DNA of 63,665 nucleotides, the filler included, from Octopus bimaculoides (lineage: Eukaryota): NCBI RefSeq assembly GCF_001194135.2. It is 4 parts of 4 records of this genome, joined end to end, with 100 filler letters (N's around TTAATTAATTAA, not from the genome) between each part and the next. Parts side by side here need not be neighbours in the genome. Positions count along the whole stretch, not along the records: positions 52,889 to 62,104 come from NC_068995.1; positions 62,205 to 63,665 come from NC_068985.1; 2 more parts are not named here. The stretch is one strand, 5' to 3'. Below are positions 53,765 to 63,665 of the stretch, one piece after another. Positions within the stretch are counted from its first letter, which is position 1, and each line of letters begins with the position of its first letter. Position numbers and translations under genes: made by a program. The notes under the pieces are model-generated. The model made no database searches and was not told the origin of the DNA. It saw only the letters and a list, made by a program, of their open reading frames with translations.

Positions 53765-54117
53765 AAGTGTAGGAATAAAGGAGCACTCCGTCGGTTACGA
53801 CGATGAGGGTCCCAGTTGATACGATCAACGGAACAGCTTGCTCGTGAAATTAATGTGCGAGTGACTGAGCAATCCACAGACACGTGTACCCTTAACGTAG
53901 TTCTCAGGGAGATTCATCGTGACACAAAGTGTGACAAGCCCGACCCTTTGAAATACAGGTGCAACTCATTTTTGTCAGCTGAGTGGACTGGAGCAACGTG
54001 AAATAAAGTGTCTTGCTCAAGGACACAACGCGTGGCCGGGAAGTGAACTCTCGACCTTACAATCGTGAGCCGAATGCCCTAACCACTAAGCTACGCACCT
54101 TCGCAAGTGTAGGAATA
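53765..54117 (-). mobile_element. SINE family B, full length with 13-bp target-site duplication
   Basis: The - strand head GAAGGTGCGTAGCTTAGTGGTTAGGGCATTCGGCTCACGATTGTAAGG is tRNA-like with an A-box, followed by CORE-like GTGTCCTTGAGCAAGACACTTTATTTCACGTTGCTCCAGTCCACTCAGCTG. AAGTGTAGGAATA occurs at 53765-53777 and 54105-54117. Confidence 0.9.
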
Positions 54118-54376
54118 GTAAATTAATAAATAGATATGTCTCTGTTTCATCTATAGATAATTAGTTCTTGCTCCTTGAATTAGTGCGTGATTTGATGACA
54201 GTTCTACTACGGGTTCCTCTCAGGAAAATTCAGCGCAAAATATAGTAAGATAACAATAAAAGTAACTTCATGATGGATAATGGGGTAATGAATATGCTTG
54301 TTGAATGTTTTGGTTTTAGGAAAATTTAGAGTCTTGAAGTAAACGTTTTTAAACTGAGAAATAAATGTCGACAATA

Positions 54377-54674
54377 GGCGCAAGAGTGGCTATGTGGTAA
54401 GGAGCTTGCTTACCAACCACATTGTTCTGGGTTCAGTCCGACTGTGTGGCACCTTGGGCAAGTATCTTCTACTATAGCCTCGGGCCGATCAAAGCCTTGT
54501 GAGTGGATTTGGTAGATAGAAACTTAAAGAAGCATGTCGTGTATATATCTATATCTATATATATATATATGCTGNNNNNNNNNNNNNNNNNNNNNNNNNN
54601 NNNNNNNNNNNNNNNNNNNNNNNNNNNNNNNNNNNNNNNNNNNNNNNNNNNNNNNNNNNNNNNNNNNNNNNNNN

Positions 54675-54711
<37 letters not shown>

Positions 54712-54910
54712 CATAGGCTCGAAACGTAAAAGACTTCCTCACTTCCCGAGCGTTAAACTAATACTTCTGTTTGGTGTTTCCACACCCGTCTTCGTCTTTT
54801 GATTTTTTTAATAAATTCTCACTGTATATGTGGGTCGATTTGTTAGACTAAAAGCGATGCTCCAGTATGTCCGCAGTCAAATGACTAAACCAAATAAAAG
54901 AATGAAAGAA
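54377..54910 (+). mobile_element. SINE family A interrupted by SSR, gap and a PLE-like segment
   Basis: Head GGCGCAAGAGTGGCTATGTGGTAAG (A-box) ... GGGTTCAGTCC (B-box) to 54540. The 3' end GGTCGATTTGTTAGACTAAAAGCGATGCTCCAGTATGTCCGCAGTCAAATGAC lies at 54833-54900. Confidence 0.85.
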
Positions 54911-56422
54911 TAAACGAATGACACATAAGCTGTTATGATATATGTAGGAAAAGCATAACAAGAACTGTAAGGGTGGATACACTGCAAAAGATAATCCAAG
55001 GTAATTCATGTCTAAAAATCCAGAAGGCCACAGCAATTGTTAATCTGTGTTGGCAGATACTTAATAAGTATATTGAAACAAAAATATGGTTTCTATCGAA
55101 GCCTTTGTGAGAAAGGTAATACGTATGTATTAACCTTTGATAGACATATGGGCTGAACCCTTGACCTTCCATTTCTGTAACTGAAAGGGGAAAAGACCAA
55201 TCTCTTTAAACATGTACACACACACATACATGCAAGCACCTACGCGAGCTCACATACACACCCGCGCGTGCGCACACACACACGCAAACACCCACGTGAG
55301 GGCACACATACACACATACACACACGCACACACATACGCACAAAGCATACACACGCATGTGTGTATGCTTTTTTTTTTCTTTGTCTATTAAGTTTTGGAT
55401 ATTCAGTTTTCAATATTTAGGCTTTTATCCTTTCTTAATCTCATAAACATTGCTATGTCTTCTACGCAGAAGAAGCAAAATCTTTCATAAAAGTAACCAT
55501 CGAGATACCTTTTAAGAGACAGAGTTGCTCTATTCATGTATTGCATTCACGTAATAGGCGAATACTGCTTCTTGTCTAAAATTGTTATACTTTGAGCATT
55601 CCATAGCATATACTACGTAATATTGAAAGTAGTCGTTAGCTGTTTATTAATATTCTACCGGAACTAGAGCGTGGTTCTTAGAACAGTTGGTTCTTAGAAT
55701 GCAACAATTAAAGCAAAACTTAACTACTGATAGACCCATGGAAGGAGAAGTATCGTGAATAAGTTGATGTTCTGGAAATTGTTGTCATTGTTCAAAACAC
55801 CACTAAATCCTTATGATGTGGAGTGAGGCAACGTGAGAAATCTTTGGAAATTAGTCTTACGTCTAACTTCAGAATGTATATTGGTCTGCTTCGTAATTTG
55901 ATCTTCGATAAGACGTTGATGAAGGATGCTTTGTAGAGACTGCCGTTCAACGTTGAACCCTACATTCGATTCACCAATGGTGGTGAGGCATCTCACGTTA
56001 CCATCTTCAACCTCATCCCAACCACCACCACGACCACCACCACAACCACCACGACGACGACCACCACCGCCTCCGACACCTCCACCGAATCCACCATCAC
56101 CACTACCACCGCTGCTGCGGCAGCAGGTGGAGTATCATATTTAGCTATTCCGGATTGGACAATAATTACAGTGACCATATCGATAATTATGTTTCACAAC
56201 ACCGATACAATATCAATGAAGTTTAATCTACGTTTAATCGCGTGTCCCATTATCCAGTTTCTAATGAGATTTCTATTGCTTGCCTTCGATTTCTGAGATA
56301 ATAATGGAGATTATGTATAATATATTTGAATATATTAAACAGAATTACATTGAATCCAGGGCCATATAATAAAATATAAATGATCGGATACAAGAAATCA
56401 AATCAAGGGTTACATATTGAAA

Positions 56423-56453
<31 letters not shown>

Positions 56454-57160
56454 ATATATATATATATANNNNNNNNNNNNNNNNNNNNNNNNNNNNNNNN
56501 NNNNNNNNNNNNNNNNNNNNNNNNNNNNNNNNNNNNNNNNNNNNNNNNNNNNNNNNNNNNNNNNNNNNNNNNNNNNNNNNNNNNNNNNNNNNNNNNNNNN
56601 NNNNNNNNNNNNNNNNNNNNNNNNNNNNNNNNNNNNNNNNNNNNNNNNNNNNNNNNNNNNNNNNNNNNNNNNNNNNNNNNNNNNNNNNNNNNNNNNNNNN
56701 NNNNNNNNNNNNNNNNNNNNNNNNNNNNNNNNNNNNNNNNNNNNNNNNNNNNNNNNNNNNACATATATATAGATATATATAATTATATGCTGTGGAATGG
56801 CTGTTATAAATCCCAACCAATATCTAATGCAAACTGTGTCGAAATGATACTACAACCGTTGTTATCTCAATGTGTGTATATGTGTATGCCTGCGCTCGCG
56901 TATGTGTCGAAACTAAATATCTGTTCGTTAACTTCACTACTCTTTTCGGAATTTAACGACCGTAGAAGTTAACAGAACGTACTCTCTTCATGTAGTTGTA
57001 CACCTTTTTGTTACAGTAAAACCAACCACCAAAATGACACCTATGCGCATACAGGTGAACAAAATATCTGTGAAAATTAAGCGACAAAACACTGCAGGTG
57101 ACAGACAATGAAATATCTACAAATTATTAGTTGACTACTATCAACCAGTATGATACAACG

Positions 57161-57299
57161 TTTGTTCGGCTGTCCTTACGTTCTGAGGTCAAATTCCGGT
57201 GAAGTCAATAAAATGAGTACCAGTTGATCGGTGAGGTCGATGTAATGGATTTACTCCCTCCCTAAAATTACTGGACTTGCGTCAAAGCTTCAAACCAAT
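57161..57299 (+). mobile_element. SINE family C fragment with internal deletion
   Basis: CTTACGTTCTGAGGTCAAATTCCGGTGAAGTCAATAAAATGAGTACCAGTTG...GGTCGATGTAATGG...CAAACCAAT. Confidence 0.72.
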
Positions 57300-58066
57300 G
57301 TAGATAAAAAGAATTTTGGTCTATTTCGCAATAAAAATCATGTGAAGGTCGGTATGAAGGCCTACTAAACAAAAGCCATTACTATAGCATTTTCTTAGAG
57401 ACCAAACCATGGAAAAAATGTAAACACCGATAACATTCCGAAGAAAATAACAGTTTGATCGAAGATAATTATTAGATACAGTAAATATTTTTTTTCTTGA
57501 CAAGTTACATAGAGTAAAGAAAATGTAATCATCATGATTTTCTCATTGATTTTTTTATACATCTCAGCACAATAACATATTTCATATATAAAAGTGATGA
57601 TTCCGTATGGCATATCTCGTTTTTTTTTTGTTTTTTTTTGTCTTTATAGAATTCAATTTTTATTAAAAAATTCTTGTGCCCGAGGCCACAAGATGTCGTT
57701 AACTCGGATTCCGTGGCACATACAATTGACCGAGATTCTAACATTCCCTTTGAGCGGAAGAGGGGTCCATTGCAGAATTAGAATCCAGAAATTTGGGTGT
57801 GTGGTGGGATGCTGAGGGTGGCAAATCACTTATATTGACACATGAATTTGATGCAGAGGTTGATGCAATCGTCTTTTTTTTTATCGATTCCAAAGTATGA
57901 AAGAAAAAGTTGTGAACTCAAAATATTTGGTGCCCGAAGAAATTCCGCTAAGCATTTGGCCCAATGTGATAACAGTTCTGCCACTCATACCTTCATGGAT
58001 CTCACATAGCTAAGTAGATAAACTGAAACCATATTCATATAGAAATCGCAACCTGGTAAACCAAAA

Positions 58067-58276
58067 TATTTGGTTTCAATTTATGCCATGTTATGTTCTG
58101 CACTTTCGGGGAGAGGTTTAAACGATTATATCGACCCAAATGCTCATCTAGTACTTCTTTTATCGATGCTGAAGGGATAAAAGACAAAATTGACCTTGGC
58201 GGATTTGAACTCAGAAATTAAAGACTGGCAACATGCATTTGGTCCGGCGTGTTAGCAATTCTGACAGGTCGTCGCC
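58067..58276 (-). mobile_element. SINE family C, near full length
   Basis: Aligns by eye to 6511-6716 (TATCGACCCAAATGCTCATCTAGTACTTC...GGATTTGAACTCAG...GTTAGCAATTCTGACAGGTCGTCGCC). An extra head fragment lies at about 57941-57990. Confidence 0.78.
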
Positions 58277-59272
58277 TTTATGGAATCTAAATAGCTACGT
58301 AGAATAAATGACACTGTATTTAAGTAGAGATAGCATCCCGATAACAGACTGCATAAACCAAAATATTATATTAGCCATTAGCTACACTCATAGAAAGGTA
58401 AACGGAATGAAACTGATATTTAAGCCTGAATTGAAACCCTGTTTAACAAACCACTCAACGTTTGTGTTATGTTACATTGGTTCCATACAGGTCTGAAATA
58501 TTTAATAAAATATTTCTTGTAAATCAACGTTAGAGTGCAACATTTTTGTCCTATGAACAAAGAATGTAAAAATCATTCTGGATGTTAATTTCCCTATTTG
58601 AGCGCTGTCATCATTTACTGTATTGTTGGCGGCCATTCATATATTTTTGAACATACACAATCCCCCTTTCACTGGAAATGTTTCATATTCAATAGTATTT
58701 TTCTGAAAATGCCTTTACAGAACCCCCTCCTTTTTTTCTTTTACATTTATTTTATCAGCAATAATGTATAGGATTTCATACGAATCGGGCTTCATTAGTC
58801 TCATTGTTATCTCGTCACTATATTATTATCGTACAACTCAATACTTATGAAAAAATACTATATTTTCTTATGAAAATGACGTTTGGTGTTTATAGATAAC
58901 ATAGCGTTCACTTGAAGAGAAAATAAAAACGCATTATGTTGAAAGAAAGACTTTAAAAAAACACGTGCCTTTACGAATTTCCCGTTTATTTACTTGCTTA
59001 TAGGCAATAAAGTAGACACGAGTGGAAATTCGATGCTGCATGCAACTCTATATGTTTGATTCATAGAAAACCAGCGCTGTCATCATATTACTGTGGACAT
59101 GTATGATCTATGCATCTGCAATGACATTTTCTTCTTTCTTTCTCATCCAAATTCTTTTAAGTTTTCGTCATACAAGTTCCGCTTCCCGGTTTCGAAATCC
59201 TCTTGAAACAAGCATCATTTACATGGTTCTTTTGCGTTGAACCATTCATTGGACAGTTATATCGTTCTCTTA

Positions 59273-59308
<36 letters not shown>

Positions 59309-59382
59309 AGAGAGAAAGAGAAAAAGAGAGGAGAGAGCTTATATATTCAGCGCGATGAGTGTTCAAGAATGCATATGCTCAA

Positions 59383-59470
<88 letters not shown>

Positions 59471-60066
59471 CCACACACACACACACACAGAAACACATAA
59501 AGACGGAGAGGGAGAGAGAGACTGATAGATAGAAGGAGAGAGAGAGACAAAGACAGTGATAGATAGAGGGAGAGAGAGGAATCTCGTTAGTGCTTTCGAA
59601 AAATCTATAAATGGTTGATCTTCCTACTTTAAATGTCCTTCTCTTTTAATTATGAGATTTTGATATTTATATGAAAACAAAAACGCAAACAAATACTAAA
59701 CTGATAATATATTTTCTGTTGAAGATATTCAAAAACAATTAGTTGTTTTCATGTAACTATTAATTTAATTAGCAAGTATTAGGTTGCAGAAGAATATATT
59801 ACACCATTCCGACAATATATTATACCACTTCAAATACGAAATCTTGAGCTTCAGACACATCGATACATCTATAAATAGTTATGTCAATATGACAAACATC
59901 TCTAAACATCAAAACAGCTTTACATTCAGCGGTTATACGAATATATTTCTCTTGGCTTCTATTTTCAGTGATTCTAGATTGCATCTCATTTTTAATTAAA
60001 GTAATAAGATACACCTATCAATCACAAACAGTTGAGTGAACATAGTCTCCAATATTGATCACTAAC

Positions 60067-60190
60067 ATTGGCACAATGCTACAAGATTTGCAGATGTATA
60101 TAGTCGATTAAATCGATCCCAATACTAGCCTGGTGCATATATTAACGGCTTTGTAGTAACGAATTAACCCCAAAAGGATTTGAACTCAAA
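60067..60190 (-). mobile_element. SINE family C, degenerate fragment
   Basis: TTGGCACAATG...GTCGATTAAATCGATCCCAATACTAGCCTGGTGC...GGATTTGAACTCA. Confidence 0.5.
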
Positions 60191-61229
60191 CGCCAGAAAA
60201 TAAAGAGGAAGGACTCTAAATGAATGCGAATTATGCTCGCAGCCCACAAATGGCTGCCTACACTGTAGAGAAGCTTACATTATTTGGGTGTATATAACTT
60301 TCCTGCCCCTGTTTCTTTTTCCGTTGTCTTACAGCTTTGTATTAAAACCCACACAATTGAATATTCTTTAGATTTTAGGGGTTAAACCTTACTATAGAAA
60401 TCATATGAGAATTTGATAATTTCTTATGTTAGACATCAAGTAATATAAATACTATCTTTTTGGGACTGAAGGGCTTACAAATTACCCAGGATATATACGT
60501 GATGATTTTTGAAATAGAAGCATCAGTAAGCTATCAACAGCTTAATCTGAGCGGGAAAAAAATCTGTCATATTACTATGATGTTGTCGTAAACCTGGTGT
60601 CCTGGAATACGATGGAAGAGAGGTTGAAAGAGAATCGGAAGGTCGGGCTCATCCTTTTATATCTCCGGTGAATGCTTTCAATGTCATGTAAAATATACCT
60701 TAAAGATTTGACTGGTTTTACAAACACGCGCGCGTGTTTCTCTGTCTGTCTGTCTGCCTCATAGGTTGCCGTAGAGTTTCTAATTACAACAAATGTGATT
60801 CATATTATATGTAACCTTCAATTAATTAGGATTATCTCAGTCTGATGGTTAGCTATATTGAGCATTACTCGTTGTGTAACTATTACATCAGAGATTTAGC
60901 CAGCTAAGAAGCATATGTGAACTACATTTTACCTGTTCCACCCCAACAATTTAGACTTTTTTATTCGCATTTGTCGCAGCTCTAATTGCTAACCGTGAGT
61001 TATATTGAAACTATTGTTTAAAGATTTTCCTCACAATCTCGAAACGGAAAACTGTAACACTTGATGCTCATAAATGGTTAATGTTTCGTATCGTACACTG
61101 TCCACATTTTGCTCTCTATCCTTGCCACTCACTGCTTGAGTCTCGCAAACTTCCTACACTTGGATCCCTTGATCGTACCTTGTATATATATGTATCTGTA
61201 AAAATATGTGACACTTATTCGGTTGCCAT

Positions 61230-61290
61230 GATAAAACTCCGAGTTTCGGATGCCGGGGTGGGAACCCACGCCAACATCTCTTCAGTTATC
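61230..61290 (-). ncRNA. Minimal type I hammerhead ribozyme
   Basis: The - strand reads GATAA CTGAAGA GATG-TTGGC-GTGG-GTTC-CCAC-CCCGG-CATC C GAAA CTC-G-GAG TT / TTATC. This gives a canonical core CUGANGA+GAAA, a 5-bp stem I, a long stem II, stem III ACTC-G-GAGT and a GUU site. One extra C precedes G12. Confidence 0.75.
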
Positions 61291-61298
61291 CGGCCAAG

Positions 61299-61359
61299 GA
61301 TAATTGAAGAGATGTTGGCGTCGGTTCCCACACTGGCATCCGAAACTCGGAGTTTTATC
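61299..61359 (+). ncRNA. Minimal type I hammerhead ribozyme, C3-to-U variant
   Basis: GATAA TTGAAGA GATG...CATC C GAAA CTC-G-GAG TT / TTATC, predicted cut after 61354. Confidence 0.62.
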
Positions 61360-61455
61360 ATGGCTACCGAATAAGTGTCACATATTTTTAAAGATAAATT
61401 CCTCTATTTACATAATATCGAGGACTCTTTCTTTCTTTTGTTTTCCTTTCTGTCA

Positions 61456-61530
<75 letters not shown>

Positions 61531-62060
61531 CGTGTGTGTGTGTATACTCATCTTAAGATCTAAAAACACCACTGCATTGATGAATCCCAAATTAGAAATG
61601 TTCAGGAATAGAAAGCATATGGACAACACTACCCAATTCCCTCATTAGACATTTACTGTTGATTCTACACCATCTAAACGTACTACTATACCGTCGAAGA
61701 GGGCTTAACTCTAATTATTTTTTGTTTCTTTTTCTCCTTTTCTTTTTCCCGTTTTCTTCTTCTTCTTCACCGCTCAACAATTTGGGCCCATCTTCATTTC
61801 AGTTTTTCTCGTAATTGCTCTTGTTCTATTGTCCTGATTTATGAAAAGTCATGTGACCAGAGCCTGAGAGTTACTTGGAGATACAAAGAGTGTTTTAAAA
61901 CACGCCTAGATAATATATTCAACGTATGAATCTATAAGTAGCTCATAACTATATACTGCGTACATTAAACAATATTTACCTCTCACCAGATGGAGTACTT
62001 CTTTGAACATACCTTAACGAGAAACTAAACCATGCATGTATGTATGTATGGATGGATGGA

Positions 62061-62100
<40 letters not shown>

Positions 62101-62104
62101 CATA

Positions 62105-62204
62105 NNNNNNNNNNNNNNNNNNNNNNNNNNNNNNNNNNNNNNNNNNNNTTAATTAATTAANNNNNNNNNNNNNNNNNNNNNNNNNNNNNNNNNNNNNNNN
62201 NNNN
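62105..62204. other. Artificial scaffold-join linker
   Basis: 44 N + TTAATTAATTAA (62149-62160) + 44 N. Confidence 0.95.
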
Positions 62205-62755
62205 TGATGCAAGTGATTAAGAAAACTTTCAGTCGTTTAATATCTGTATGTATGTTAGTGTGTGGTATTTTCTGAAGTTTTGAATTGTAATTCTTCTTCA
62301 GCTTGAAGAAATTTTGTGCCATTTATTTGTATAGAGGTAGCAATATAAGAAAAGTGGACTATGGAGTCATTGAAATTCAAGGTTTCCATTAAAAATAAAA
62401 TTTACCAAGATATTACGGCAAGTGCATTGTGTGTGTGTGTGTGTGAATATATGTATATCAGTGTGTCAATAGGATTGTTTGTTTGTTTGTGTGTGTGTGT
62501 GTGTGTGTGCACTATAAAATGTGTTGGTTATGATAATCTAATCTCAATACTCAGAATACATGTTGCTAATGATGTCTTTACAAATAAAAAACTCAAGTAC
62601 CCTTTATACACACATGCGCACATTATAGAGTATTAGATAAAAAGATGCATCATACAATAACACCAGCTACAAACAAACCTGTTTCTCCTACCATCTGCTT
62701 CTCATATGAATCTGTACAATAGATGTTTAGATGGACGATGTCAAGGAAGACAATG

Positions 62756-62786
<31 letters not shown>

Positions 62787-63364
62787 TTCATTCATGCACA
62801 CACACTTAACATACACAATGTTCTATATACATTAATTGTGACTTACAAAGTCGCATACGTTTGTGCTTTTTTATATTGTAATATATGTGTGTGTGTGTGG
62901 GGGGGTGTACATGCCTGTTCTATAAAATATATATCACTTGTCAGCATTTATTTACAATAAACAATTCTTCATCAAATCTAACAGTTATCAAAAAAAAAAA
63001 ATGTAATGGAAAATGTGTGTGTTGGTGTCAATGCACCAATGTATGTGTCTATGTGTGCCTGTCTGTGTATGTGTGCTTCTACATGTTCCTCTATATTTGT
63101 GCTAGTGTGTAGAAGAGCCATACTAAGGATAAAAGAAATATAGGGAAAAAAAAAATGAAGGGAATCAATAATGAAAGGGATGTCAAAGTGAGATGGGATG
63201 TTGTGGTGGTGTGAGGAGGGAGAAATATATGGTGATAGGGAGACAGAATATATTTTTTTACGCTCTTCAACTGCTGTTTGTCTTCTGTTCAATTGACTAC
63301 AGCTTTCTACTGTCCAAGAACTTCATACCAACATGAATGCAATTTCCCTAACCAATATTTATTT

Positions 63365-63665
63365 TCTTTAATTATTTCAGTCATTTGACTGTGGCTGTGC
63401 TGGAGCACTGCCGTAAAAGGTTTTATTCATCGAAATTCACCTCAGGACTTAGTCTGTGTAAGCCTAGTACTTATTTGATTGGTCTCTTTTGCCGAATCAC
63501 AAAGTTATAGGGACATAAACACACCAGCATCGGTCGCTAAGTGATGGTGAGGGTTACAAATACAGACACACACATAAATATATATATATATATGACAGGC
63601 TTCTTTCAGTTTCTGTCTACCAAATCGGTTGTCAAGTGATGGCGGAAGAACAAACATGGACACAC
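63365..63665 (-). mobile_element. SINE family A with internal SSR and a rearranged junction
   Basis: TTTCAGTCATTTGACTGTGGCTGTGCTGGAGCAC...AGCCTAGTACTTAT...CACACCAGCATCGGT, then SSR, then GGCTTCTTTCAGTTTCTGTCTACCAAATC joined to GGTTGTCAAG (middle part repeated). Confidence 0.82.

Larger units (their letters stand above)
61199..61390. mobile_element. 192-bp near-perfect palindrome (93-bp arms, 6-nt loop) made of two inverted HHR-bearing units
   Basis: Arms 61199-61291 and 61298-61390, loop GGCCAA, 5 mismatches in 93 bp, TA at both ends. Confidence 0.9.

Noticed and set aside
55811-56134. - strand open frame of about 108 codons (Gly-rich, then VRCLTTIGESNVGFNVERQ...)
   Set aside because: The openness is largely due to a (GGT)n low-complexity tract. 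No ATG start or known domain.
59777-59800. TATTAGGTTG, resembling the start of a mariner TIR
   Set aside because: Only 10 bp match, and there is no partner TIR.

Overview
This is AT-rich, microsatellite-saturated metazoan non-coding DNA from a short-read assembly. The SINE families and SSR spectrum strongly resemble Octopus/coleoid cephalopod genomes (recognised from memory, not searched). The window is at least four scaffolds joined by an artificial 100-bp linker (44 N + TTAATTAATTAA + 44 N), with many N gaps at SSRs. No intact host gene, tRNA or rRNA can be supported, and almost all listed ORFs are SSR or N artefacts. Recognisable content: three tRNA-derived SINE families; decayed RTE and R4/Dong-like non-LTR retrotransposons; a mariner fold-back remnant; a mariner MITE; a DD37D/maT-like transposase pseudogene; and several fold-back elements. 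The most interesting signal is a set of minimal type I hammerhead ribozyme (HHR) motifs with palindromic stem III, the kind associated with Penelope-like elements (PLEs), embedded in inverted repeats. The best case is a 192-bp near-perfect palindrome (61199-61390) that encodes an HHR fold on each strand. A second HHR (52432-52490) lies between 95-bp inverted repeats that are 93/95 identical.
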